From: an uncultured Thermoplasmatales archaeon
Lineage (GTDB): Archaea > Thermoplasmatota > E2 > DHVEG-1
Reading direction: 5' to 3'
Assembly: GCA_964410735.1 (NCBI GenBank)
Contig: CAYPIF010000052.1
Location: forward strand, 7,132-71,131
Length of the DNA stretch: 64,000 bases
Part shown: piece by piece, positions 30,013-39,135 of the stretch
How the letters are laid out: each line of letters opens with the position of its first letter
Position numbering within the stretch: the stretch's first letter is position 1
Notes under the pieces: model-generated
Seen by the model: the letters and a program-made list of their open reading frames with translations, nothing else
What the model was told of the DNA's origin: nothing
Databases searched by the model: none
Program-made: the position numbers and the translations under genes

Positions 30013-31692
30013 AACATATTGTTGTATCATTCGATTTGTGTTGAAAAAGGATGCGTTTATTGCGATACAACTTCTCATTGTCCGGATCCAATTATCCCGG
30101 TCATTGTAAAATTTCGGTAAAATGAATTTCTCAAGTTTTTCATAAAGGTCCGCTCGGTCAATATCATCATCTGATTGTTCATCCTCTGTTTTCATCGGGC
30201 CCACGGACCATCCCGTGATATTCTCAATACATCCCTCAAGCCACCAGCCGTCCAATGTTCCAAATTGAGGTACACCGTTATGAGCAGCTTTCATCCCTGA
30301 TGTTCCTGATGCCTCCATCGGTCGACGTGGTGTGTTCAACCAGATATCAACTCCGGAGATGAGAAGTTTTGCTAGTGTCATATCATAGTTTGGTATGAAT
30401 GCTATCTTGATATTTGCACCAACGTTTCTCATGGCATTATAGATAGTTTTGATATAGTCCTTGCCATTTGTATCATTTGGATGGGCTTTTCCGCCATAGA
30501 CGATCTGAATTGGTCCACCATTCTCCGCAATATGGCAGAGACGTTTGATATCTGATATAAGGAGATCTGGACGTTTATAAGCTGTAGCCCGTCGAGCAAA
30601 ACCGATGGTGAAATCATCATAGTTCATCCCGGTGTTACAACGGAGATTCACAAAATCGATGAGATTCTTCTTAGCAGTGAGATGCGCAGCCCATATTTCC
30701 TCTTTTTGAATGCTAAATGCTGAACGAAGAAGACAAGGATCTGCTCGCCAACCAGGCATATGTGTGTCAAAGAGCCTTTGGAAGGGTTTTGATATCCATG
30801 TCTGACTATGAACACCATTTGTTATCGAATCAATGGAATAACCTGGAAACATCAATCGTGATATCTCTCCATGCTTCTTTGCAACACCATTCACATAATG
30901 GCTGAAGAACAATGCAAGCCGGGTCATGTTCAAACGATTTTCAAACGTCACCTCAGGCAGGATACTTTCAACAAGAAGATCACCTATCATTGCTTTTGCC
31001 AGTGAGAGATCAAATTGATCATGCCCTGCAGCGACAGGAGTATGAGTGGTGAATACACAATGTTCGCGAACCTTTTCAACATCTTTATTATGGGTTTTAT
31101 AGAGCTCAAGGGTCCCTAGTGCAGCATGACCCTCATTCATATGGTATCGGTTAATAGAATCATATCCAAGGGCCTGAAGCATCCTTGCCCCTCCGACACC
31201 TAAAATGATCTCTTGGGCAAGTCTATATTTTCTGTCACCACCATAAAGATATTTTGTTAGCTCCCTGTCCCATGGATCATTACCCTCAACATTAGAGTCA
31301 AGGAAAAGAACAGGTATGATATACCCATTGATGCCCTTATATTCGTACAGCCAGACTTGTAAGGAAACATCTCTATTCTCTATCTGAACCTTCGTCTTTG
31401 AAGGAAGAAGGGTTAAGTAATCAGAAGGATTGAAACGAATGGGAAGTTCGATCTGGTTACCTTGATCATCGATCTTCTGATAAAAATACCCTTTCTCGGA
31501 GAGCAAAGTGACACCAACGATGGGTACATGAAGATCTGCACAGGATTTGATACTGTCGCCAGCAAGGACGCCAAGACCTCCGCTATACGAGGGGATTCGT
31601 TCGTCAATTCCGATTTCCATAGAAAAGTAAGCGATCTTTGGTGTGCCGTTGACCTGGTTCTTTTTCTGATTCTTTGTATCTGTTCCGCTCAT
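29992..31692 (-). CDS. glgP: Alpha-glucan (glycogen) phosphorylase
   Basis: YSGGLGVLAGD, HMNEGH, FARRATAYKR, EASGTSGMKAA (PLP lysine); convergent 21-bp overlap with the debranching enzyme. Confidence 0.93.
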   Translation of the reverse strand: MSGTDTKNQKKNQVNGTPKIAYFSMEIGIDERIPSYSGGLGVLAGDSIKSCADLHVPIVGVTLLSEKGYFYQKIDDQGNQIELPIRFNPSDYLTLLPSKTKVQIENRDVSLQVWLYEYKGINGYIIPVLFLDSNVEGNDPWDRELTKYLYGGDRKYRLAQEIILGVGGARMLQALGYDSINRYHMNEGHAALGTLELYKTHNKDVEKVREHCVFTTHTPVAAGHDQFDLSLAKAMIGDLLVESILPEVTFENRLNMTRLALFFSHYVNGVAKKHGEISRLMFPGYSIDSITNGVHSQTWISKPFQRLFDTHMPGWRADPCLLRSAFSIQKEEIWAAHLTAKKNLIDFVNLRCNTGMNYDDFTIGFARRATAYKRPDLLISDIKRLCHIAENGGPIQIVYGGKAHPNDTNGKDYIKTIYNAMRNVGANIKIAFIPNYDMTLAKLLISGVDIWLNTPRRPMEASGTSGMKAAHNGVPQFGTLDGWWLEGCIENITGWSVGPMKTEDEQSDDDIDRADLYEKLEKFILPKFYNDRDNWIRTMRSCIAINASFFNTNRMIQQYVLNAYFI

Positions 31693-31912
31693 CCAGTCTC
31701 ATCCATCCGTATACTCTAGGTTATATAATTTCTTGTATTTCCAATTTGATAAATTGGTAACATCATTTATATCTTATCTTTTTTTCCCTCTTTTACCAGT
31801 GTGTTTTATAACGTTGAAACCCGTTTCTTTTATTCTTTTTTAGTAATAAAAGACGAGAAATTTATATACTTCCTGCTATTAACATATAATCATATTGGTA
31901 TGGTGAAAAGTT

Positions 31913-32155
31913 ATGGGAAAAAAGATTTGCGGTGTGTGTAATCGAGATTTTGAACTCGAAGATAATAAACTTGGTATTGTTCTCGATGATGAACTTTTCG
32001 TATGTGAGGAATGCCATAGTCATATGGATGAAAATGAAAAGCAGAGTCTTTTCAATTCAACGATTATGCATGCCCCGCGAAAGGAAATGCCGATTGCTCT
32101 GTGGCTTATCCAAGAGCAGAATAAGGATAAACCCTTTATGTCAATAAAGCGGTAA
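31913..32155 (+). CDS. Small hypothetical zinc-finger protein
   Basis: CGVC...CEEC pairs; GGTGA RBS and TTTATATA box upstream. Confidence 0.7.
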   Translation: MGKKICGVCNRDFELEDNKLGIVLDDELFVCEECHSHMDENEKQSLFNSTIMHAPRKEMPIALWLIQEQNKDKPFMSIKR

Positions 32156-32221
32156 TTTCTTAGATCTGTTTCACGGTTAGTCATAGAATATTTTTTTAGA
32201 TATGAATGTATTTAACTTGTT

Positions 32222-32998
32222 ATGTTTCTCATTAAATTGGGTGGAAGTGTCATTACTGAAAAAGCTCAGGAGAAACCAATTTTTAAAAAGAACCTTGTTG
32301 ATGAGATCGTCTCAACTATCTCAACGGCACAAAAAGATGTTGTTATTGTTCATGGTGCTGGGTCCTTTGGTCATGTGCTAGCAAAACAACATGACCTTAT
32401 CAACGGTTGTAATTCACTTACTCAAAAACAAGGATTCGCTGAGACTCTTGGGCTTGTGCAAGAGTTGAATTCTTTTGTCCTTGCATCGTTTCATGATCAT
32501 AATCTCCCTGCGATCTCCCTTCCACCGCATGCACTTGTAACACTTAAGAACAAAGCCCTTCATACATTTAATTCTGAAATATTCGTAAAGTATGCGGATG
32601 CTGGTTTTATTCCAGTTACCTTTGGTGATGTTGTTCTTGATGTTTCATTAGGTTGCTCTATCTGTTCTGGTGATCTGTTGATCCATGCGCTTGCGCAGAC
32701 TTTTAAACCGGAAGCGGTTCTTTTTTTAATGGATGAAGATGGATTGTATACTGATAATCCTAAGAAGAATAAAGATGCAACATTTATCAATTCGATAGGA
32801 ATACATGAAATTGATTCATTGGTAACAGATCTTGATGATCATGCTGATGTGACAAAAGGGATGGAGGGAAAGCTCCAGACCATAACACAGATCGTTGAAC
32901 AAGGACGCCCAACCGTGCTTCTAAATGGTAATAAACCAGATCGCCTTTATGATGTTCTGCAAGGTAATGAAACCATATGTACCATTGTCCATAGGTGA
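32222..32998 (+). CDS. ipk: Isopentenyl phosphate kinase
   Basis: IKLGGSVIT, HGAGSFGH, SGD, DVTKGMEGK; upstream of IDI-2. Confidence 0.9.
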   Translation: MFLIKLGGSVITEKAQEKPIFKKNLVDEIVSTISTAQKDVVIVHGAGSFGHVLAKQHDLINGCNSLTQKQGFAETLGLVQELNSFVLASFHDHNLPAISLPPHALVTLKNKALHTFNSEIFVKYADAGFIPVTFGDVVLDVSLGCSICSGDLLIHALAQTFKPEAVLFLMDEDGLYTDNPKKNKDATFINSIGIHEIDSLVTDLDDHADVTKGMEGKLQTITQIVEQGRPTVLLNGNKPDRLYDVLQGNETICTIVHR

Positions 32999-33004
32999 AC
33001 GTAG

Positions 33005-34051
33005 ATGGATTTGATTGAAAACAGGAAGGATGAACATGTTCGCATTGCCCTCGAAGAAAATGTTAATGCGAAACATAATCACTGGGATGACATAGATCTT
33101 ATTCATAATGCGCTTCCTGAGATAAATTATGATGAAATTGATATCTCGACGACACTTTTCAACAAACAACTAGGCGCTCCTATCGTTATTGCTGCGATGA
33201 CTGGCGGATATGATTTCGCTAAAGAAATTAATGAACGATTGGCGTTTGCAGCTGAACATTTTCAGATACCAATGGGTGTAGGATCACAACGTGCTGCAGT
33301 TGAGAACCCAAAACTGATACGGACCTATAGTGTGGTCAAGGATTTTGATATACCTGTAAGAATTGCAAATATCGGGGCATCTCAACTTGTATTATGGGGT
33401 CATAAGAAGACCCGTGAATATCTTGAGGATATTATCTCAATGATCGATGCACATGCTGTCGCTATCTGTTTGAACTTTCTTCAGGAAGTTGTTCAATTTG
33501 AAGGAGAGCCTCATGCAAAAGGATGCCTGCATGAAATAGAACAACTTGCAGAAGAGATAGATATACCAATCATTGTCAAAGAATCAGGTGCGGGGATCTC
33601 TTTAGATGTTGCACATCGTTTATCGAAAACAAACATTGCTGCTATCGATGTGGGCGGAAAAGGTGGGACATCCTTTGCAGCGATTGAACATTACCGCGCA
33701 AAACTTCATGATGATCACTTGAATGCCTGTGGTGGTGAGACCTTTTGGGATTGGGGTATTCCAACCCCTCAATCAATACTTAATGTGGGGAAGGCAACGA
33801 ACTGGCAATTGCCAATTATTTCAACAGGGGGCATCAGAAATGGACTTGATGTAGCAAAAGCTCTTATCCTTGGTGCCCGTTGCGCGGGTGTTGCACAGGC
33901 TTTATTGAAACCTTCAACGAAGAGTAAAGAGGAAACCATGTTGGCCGTAGAGGTTATGATAAAAGAGCTACAGGCTGTGATGTTTCTCACTGGCATAAAT
34001 TCGGTTCAAAAAATGAAAGAGGTCAACTATGAATTTAGAAAAAGAACTTAG
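33005..34051 (+). CDS. fni: Type 2 isopentenyl-diphosphate delta-isomerase
   Basis: RKDEH, AMTGG, GVGSQR, ANIG, VKESG, GGTS, DWGIPT, GGIRNG. Confidence 0.95.
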   Translation: MDLIENRKDEHVRIALEENVNAKHNHWDDIDLIHNALPEINYDEIDISTTLFNKQLGAPIVIAAMTGGYDFAKEINERLAFAAEHFQIPMGVGSQRAAVENPKLIRTYSVVKDFDIPVRIANIGASQLVLWGHKKTREYLEDIISMIDAHAVAICLNFLQEVVQFEGEPHAKGCLHEIEQLAEEIDIPIIVKESGAGISLDVAHRLSKTNIAAIDVGGKGGTSFAAIEHYRAKLHDDHLNACGGETFWDWGIPTPQSILNVGKATNWQLPIISTGGIRNGLDVAKALILGARCAGVAQALLKPSTKSKEETMLAVEVMIKELQAVMFLTGINSVQKMKEVNYEFRKRT

Positions 34052-35012
34052 AGTATATAGCGATATTTTTAATAAAGCAATGGAGAACTATCTTTTCAAG
34101 GATGATTCGGAGAATCTGTACGAGGCTGCTCGTCATATTCCCTTTGCTGGAGGGAAACGGATACGGCCGGTCTTAGCAATGCTTTCTGCAGAGGCAACAG
34201 GCGGATCATCTGATGATGTCATCTCCTTTGGTTTGGCTCTTGAGATCATCCATAGTTTCAGTCTTGTCCATGATGATATCATGGATAAATCAACCCTTCG
34301 GAGGAATATTCCAACGGTGCATGTAAAATTTGGTGAGCCAATCGCTATTCTTGCGGGGGATCTTCTGTTCATTCGGGCATTTGACGCGCTAGGTACCTAT
34401 TATGAAAATCCTTCTCTTTATTCAATGGTTAGTCGCAAGTTCATCCAGGCGGTGACAGATGTCTGTGAAGGCCAATACCTTGATATGACCTTTGAAAAAA
34501 GACCGAATGTTACAAGAAATGAGTATATGACCATGATTGAAAAGAAAACAGCGGCATTGTTCCGTGTTGCAGCAGAAGGTGGTAGTATCGTTGCTGGTTC
34601 ATCATCTCGGGTTCAAAAAGCGATGAATACCTATGGTGCTGCTCTCGGATTAGCGTTTCAGATACGTGATGATGCCCTTGATATGATCAGTGATACAGAG
34701 ACACTTGGGAAGGATATTGGTAATGATATTCGAAATGGGAAGAAGACCTTGATAGCGGTTCATGCGTTGGAACATGCATCAGGGGAGAATAAACAGATCC
34801 TCTCGAAACTTTTTGGCAACCCAAACGCATCAGATAGTGATATCTCAAAGGTTCGGCAGGTCTTTTCAAATGTTGGATCTATTCAGTTCGCTGAGGAAAA
34901 AGCAAAGGAATATAGCATGGTTGCGATTAACGCCTTGTCTGTGTTATCTGATTCTCATGCAAAAGAGGTGTTATCAGATATCGCAGAATTCGCAGTTACA
35001 CGAGTGAAATAG
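34029..35012 (+). CDS. idsA: Geranylgeranyl/polyprenyl diphosphate synthase
   Basis: GGKRIRP, FSLVHDDIMD...RR, GQYLD, KKTA, FQIRDDALD. Confidence 0.9.
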   Translation: MNLEKELRVYSDIFNKAMENYLFKDDSENLYEAARHIPFAGGKRIRPVLAMLSAEATGGSSDDVISFGLALEIIHSFSLVHDDIMDKSTLRRNIPTVHVKFGEPIAILAGDLLFIRAFDALGTYYENPSLYSMVSRKFIQAVTDVCEGQYLDMTFEKRPNVTRNEYMTMIEKKTAALFRVAAEGGSIVAGSSSRVQKAMNTYGAALGLAFQIRDDALDMISDTETLGKDIGNDIRNGKKTLIAVHALEHASGENKQILSKLFGNPNASDSDISKVRQVFSNVGSIQFAEEKAKEYSMVAINALSVLSDSHAKEVLSDIAEFAVTRVK

Positions 35013-35015
35013 AAT

Positions 35016-36734
35016 ATGAGCCAAGATGAGATTGTACTTGTTGCAAAAAAATTTGCGTTGCAGAATGCGGTCCAATTTGACGGGGCTGCTCAGCCTAAGG
35101 CAGTGATAGGAAAGGTCATTGGTATTTTTCAAAAACAAGGTGTATCTCCAAAGGAGATCATACCCATTGTTCAATCTGTAGTGTCGGAGGTTAATTCGTT
35201 ATCTCTTGATGATCAGAGACAGATGCTTGAGGATCTAGCTCCGGAGATGCTTGAAAAGAAAAAGAAGGTTCGTGATTTCTCCCTGCCCAATCTACCCAAT
35301 GCTGAAGATGGAAAAGTGGTTACCCGATTTCCACCCGAGCCAAATGGATACTTGCACATTGGTCATGCAAAAGCAGCTATTGTTGATTATGAATATGCAA
35401 AGAAATATGGTGGGAAGTTCATCCTTCGCTTTGATGATACGAACCCTGAAAATGATCGAAAAGAGTTCTATGATGCTCAGAAAGCCGATCTGAAATGGCT
35501 TGGGATCAGCTGGGATGAGGTCTATAACACATCTGATCATCTTCCCATGCATTACAAGCTTGCCTCTCAGTTGATATCGCAGGGTGATGCATATGTATGT
35601 CAATGTTCTCCCGAGGATATTAAAAAGGGCAGGTTTGAGAAAAAACCCTGTTCCTGCAGAGGCCGTGATGTTAACCATCAAGCGGAACTTTGGAATCGGA
35701 TGCTTGATGGATCTCTCTCTAATTGTGTTCTTCGTTTGAAGGCAGATATGGAAAGTGTGAATACTGCGATGCGTGACCCGACATTGTTCCGTATTATTGA
35801 CACTCCTCATCCGTTACAGGGTGATAGGTATCATGTCTGGCCAACATATGATTTTGCTGGTGCGGTTGAGGATAGTATCAGTGGTGTTACCCATCCGTTT
35901 CGAACTAAGGAATATGAGTTACGCGATGAATGTTATTTCTTCCTTCTTGAGAAACTTAATCTTAGAAAACCTCATCTAATGGAGTTCGCTCGTTTGTCGA
36001 TAGAGGGGATGCCTGTTTCAAAAAGAAAGATCAAACCCTTAATAGAACAAGGTCTTGTTCAAGGGTATGATGATATTCGTCTTCCAACATTACAGGGTTT
36101 AAGAAGACGTGGGATTTTACCTGAGGCTATTAAACAGTTTGTCCTCACTCAAGGCATTTCAAAGGTTGAGTCTACGGTGACGTTTAGTCTTGTGGAAGCG
36201 GAGAATAGAAAGATCATTGACCCAATTTCTAAACGTTTGTTCTTTGTTTCTGATCCGATACAGCTTACTGTTGAGGGTTCACTAAAGAGAACTGTTTCCA
36301 TTCCTTTCCATCCAACTGATGAATCCATGGGTCACCGTTCAGTGAATACGGCGGATACGTTTTTCATTCCTAGTGAGGATGCTCATACGCTTCAGAAAGA
36401 CGATATTTTCCGTCTTAAGGATTTATATAATGTAAAAATAGTGGAAAAAAATGAAGGTATCTCTGGTTTGTTTGCTGGTACGGATCTTATACAGGATTCG
36501 TTGAAAATACAGTGGACGACAGATAATTATGTACCTGTTACCGTATATGTTCCTGATCGGTTGTTCAATCAAGATGACACCTATAACAAAGAGAGTTTGC
36601 GAACCATCAACGGATATGCTGAAAAGGCATTGGACCAATTCAAAACAGGAGATATCATCCAATTCGAACGATTTGGTTTTGTACGATTAGAACGTACCTC
36701 TGATGGGTTTATCGCGAATTTTTGCCATCGGTAA
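35016..36734 (+). CDS. gltX: Glutamate--tRNA ligase (archaeal type)
   Basis: RFPPEPNGYLHIGH, RFDDTNP, VSKRK, QFERFGF and archaeal N-terminal extension. Confidence 0.95.
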   Translation: MSQDEIVLVAKKFALQNAVQFDGAAQPKAVIGKVIGIFQKQGVSPKEIIPIVQSVVSEVNSLSLDDQRQMLEDLAPEMLEKKKKVRDFSLPNLPNAEDGKVVTRFPPEPNGYLHIGHAKAAIVDYEYAKKYGGKFILRFDDTNPENDRKEFYDAQKADLKWLGISWDEVYNTSDHLPMHYKLASQLISQGDAYVCQCSPEDIKKGRFEKKPCSCRGRDVNHQAELWNRMLDGSLSNCVLRLKADMESVNTAMRDPTLFRIIDTPHPLQGDRYHVWPTYDFAGAVEDSISGVTHPFRTKEYELRDECYFFLLEKLNLRKPHLMEFARLSIEGMPVSKRKIKPLIEQGLVQGYDDIRLPTLQGLRRRGILPEAIKQFVLTQGISKVESTVTFSLVEAENRKIIDPISKRLFFVSDPIQLTVEGSLKRTVSIPFHPTDESMGHRSVNTADTFFIPSEDAHTLQKDDIFRLKDLYNVKIVEKNEGISGLFAGTDLIQDSLKIQWTTDNYVPVTVYVPDRLFNQDDTYNKESLRTINGYAEKALDQFKTGDIIQFERFGFVRLERTSDGFIANFCHR

Positions 36735-36773
36735 CTTTTTAAATTTCTATTACCATTCTTTGTTTGTAAATCT

Positions 36774-37472
36774 TTGTTAGGATGGGATAAAATGAAGATT
36801 CAATATATTGCTCTGAGTTTCATACTATCAGGTATACTGTTAAGTCCATGTGTTATTGCTCAACAGGATGATACGATTTTAGGACTTCAAGAAGAGATTT
36901 TTTATGGAATACTGGCATTGGTCGTGCTTGTCATCGGCATACTTACGGTTGGTGGTATCAAATATGTTACTGCTGAGAATGTCCTGGATACGTCTGTTAG
37001 AAAGGATCTTTATGAGTATATCGATGAATACCCGGGTTCTCATTTACGTGAAATAGCTCGTGAACTTCATCTTAAACCGAGCAATGCTGCCTGGCATCTC
37101 CGAAAACTGGAACAAACGAATCTTGTGAGAAGCAGGGCGATCGGCGGAAAAAAAGTGTATTACCTTGTTGAAGGTGGTATTGAGGCACGAAAGGAGGCCG
37201 TAGCAGAATCAATATTGCGAAATGCAAATGCTCGTAAGATCATGAGGTATCTAGTGAAAAACCCTGGAAAACATCTTGTAGAAATCGCTCATGCATTGGA
37301 TCTGAATCATCATACGGTCAAATGGCATATCAAGAAAATGTATCTAGCCGAACTTATTGAGGGAGATACAAGTAATTCAAGCTATCCTGTTTATTATCCA
37401 ACTCAAACAGGCATAATGGTCACTAAAGAAGTGGTAATGAAAAAAATGAAAAAGGAAAAGAAAGCATCCTAG
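36774..37472 (+). CDS. Membrane-anchored double winged-helix (ArsR/MarR-like) regulator
   Basis: Two N-terminal hydrophobic segments, then PGSHLREIAREL...WHLRKLE and PGKHLVEIAHAL...WHIKKM HTH repeats. Confidence 0.8.
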   Translation: MLGWDKMKIQYIALSFILSGILLSPCVIAQQDDTILGLQEEIFYGILALVVLVIGILTVGGIKYVTAENVLDTSVRKDLYEYIDEYPGSHLREIARELHLKPSNAAWHLRKLEQTNLVRSRAIGGKKVYYLVEGGIEARKEAVAESILRNANARKIMRYLVKNPGKHLVEIAHALDLNHHTVKWHIKKMYLAELIEGDTSNSSYPVYYPTQTGIMVTKEVVMKKMKKEKKAS

Positions 37473-37741
37473 ATTCGTCCGACATCGACGACTTCGACAC
37501 TTTCAACATTATCGATTTGTGAGAATTCGTCCACGATTGGATCTAAACCGCCTTCAGAATCCGGGACAGAGACGGTGACATCCAATCCTCGTAAGCCAAA
37601 TGCTACGTTTTTAACCTCAATCCTTCCAAGCTTTATTGGGGATTTGACTGTTTCTCTAATGGTATTCTGAATAGATTCAAGCTCTTCGTCGCTAATGACG
37701 CCTGCAGGCATTATTCTGATAAGTGCTATGACTTCACCCAT
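37469..37741 (-). CDS. ef1b: Archaeal elongation factor 1-beta
   Basis: MGEVIALIRIMP...VAFGLRGL...VESVEVVDVGRI; true start ATG 37741 after GGAGG. Confidence 0.93.
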   Translation of the reverse strand: MGEVIALIRIMPAGVISDEELESIQNTIRETVKSPIKLGRIEVKNVAFGLRGLDVTVSVPDSEGGLDPIVDEFSQIDNVESVEVVDVGRI

Positions 37742-37773
37742 GTTATTTTCCTCCGTTTCAGGTTTTTTGATTT

Positions 37774-37938
37774 TTATGGTCCTGTGAATGAGCATTTTGG
37801 ACAGGTATAAGGGATGCTTTGTTCTCTGCAACTGCCACATCGTCCGATAACAGTATCACACATTGGACAGATAAATGTCGTAGATCCCGTTTCGAGAAGA
37901 CCTTTTCCACAGGAAATGCATCGTTGTGTTTTCTTCAT
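37774..37938 (-). CDS. Zinc-ribbon RNA-binding protein (DUF1610 / HVO_2753-like), 54 aa
   Basis: Not in the track. MKKTQRCISCG...FICPMC...RCGSCR...YTCPKCSFTGP has four CxxC motifs and sits in the usual position upstream of aEF-1beta. Confidence 0.9.
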   Translation of the reverse strand: MKKTQRCISCGKGLLETGSTTFICPMCDTVIGRCGSCREQSIPYTCPKCSFTGP

Positions 37939-38000
37939 AGGATGTGCTGAATATCAATTCTATTATTAAAAGATGCCGCAGCAATCAATGAAAATTCTGT

Positions 38001-39065
38001 CTATTTTTTACTTGATATCATGTCCATTGAAAATGATGCGACCGATTTGAAGATCCTATATTGGAATATTGCGCCAGCGATTAGTCCCATATGATAGGTT
38101 ACAAACCGGTATAACAAAACAAATACTCCGATCAATGAGGGGCTGAGAAATACCCCATACAATGCGGCTACACCCCCTTCAGAGACACCGCTGCTCCCTG
38201 GTGTTGTCGGCATCATGGCGATGATGATGAGCAGTACTTGTGCTGCACAGGATTCAAGGATAAATGGTTTGATGCCAAGACCAAGGAGGAGAAGCAGTGG
38301 GATTATCCAACCTGCTATCCAGAAAATCGCGGTAACGATACCTGCAAGTAGGAATGTTTTCTTTCCCTTTGTCAAAAAGAAGGTCATTGCGTTATGGAAG
38401 TTATCTACCTCGTCAGATATCCGTTCTATGATATGTGTTGGGGTATCCTTTTTTGTTATCTTTTTTATCCATTTTGTTATTCTTATTAGAATTTTTTTTG
38501 TTTTCTTTGGGTACCTCAATGCATAGGCAAATAACCCAAGGATTATGACAAAAATTGCAATAGCGATACCTAGCCCTATACGAAGGTAGGTGTTGTCGAT
38601 ATACCCACCAAAGATAAAGATTGCGAATGGTACGGAAAGTAAAAGGAACAACGCATCTAACAATCGTTCAGAGAGGACCGCTGCAGTTGCGCCTCCAACA
38701 TTAAGCCCATCTTTATTGAGAAGATATATTCGAACTGGTTCTCCGCCTGCCATGGATGGAGTGATGTTTGCTAGGAATAGATTTGCAATAACAATTTTTG
38801 TTGATTCCAGGAGGCTTACATGGAAATTTTTATCAACAGCATTGCTGAGTATCTTTAACCGCAGTCCCCATAACCCCCAAAAAAGTACATTAAACGCAGC
38901 GGCGGCGATGAAAAACTCATAACGGATAGGTGTTGTTGAAAGATAATGAATGGTCTCTTTATTTATGGTGAAATATAGGAGAATAATGATAATTGCAAGG
39001 CTACAAAGCACGCTAAGGATAATGGAAAATTTGATTGTTTTCTTCTTACCTTGCTTTTTTGTCAC
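38001..39065 (-). CDS. Flippase-like / lysylphosphatidylglycerol synthase TM domain protein (UPF0104, AglD2-like)
   Basis: NITPSMAGGEPVR, ERLLD, PTTPGSSGVSE, YRFVTY; multi-TM. Confidence 0.9.
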   Translation of the reverse strand: MTKKQGKKKTIKFSIILSVLCSLAIIIILLYFTINKETIHYLSTTPIRYEFFIAAAAFNVLFWGLWGLRLKILSNAVDKNFHVSLLESTKIVIANLFLANITPSMAGGEPVRIYLLNKDGLNVGGATAAVLSERLLDALFLLLSVPFAIFIFGGYIDNTYLRIGLGIAIAIFVIILGLFAYALRYPKKTKKILIRITKWIKKITKKDTPTHIIERISDEVDNFHNAMTFFLTKGKKTFLLAGIVTAIFWIAGWIIPLLLLLGLGIKPFILESCAAQVLLIIIAMMPTTPGSSGVSEGGVAALYGVFLSPSLIGVFVLLYRFVTYHMGLIAGAIFQYRIFKSVASFSMDMISSKK

Positions 39066-39135
39066 AACCCCTGGTAATTGTCATTAGTTTATCATGGTTA
39101 TGGTTTACATAACACTCTACAAAATATTGTTTCCG

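Noticed and set aside
24958..31692. Genomic island integrated at tRNA-Lys carrying the glycogen genes
   Set aside because: No integrase, no duplicated tRNA 3' end noticed, and composition similar to core genes.
37742..37840. N-terminal extension of EF-1beta in the ORF track
   Set aside because: It overlaps the real zinc-ribbon gene in another frame; ATG 37741 has a GGAGG RBS.
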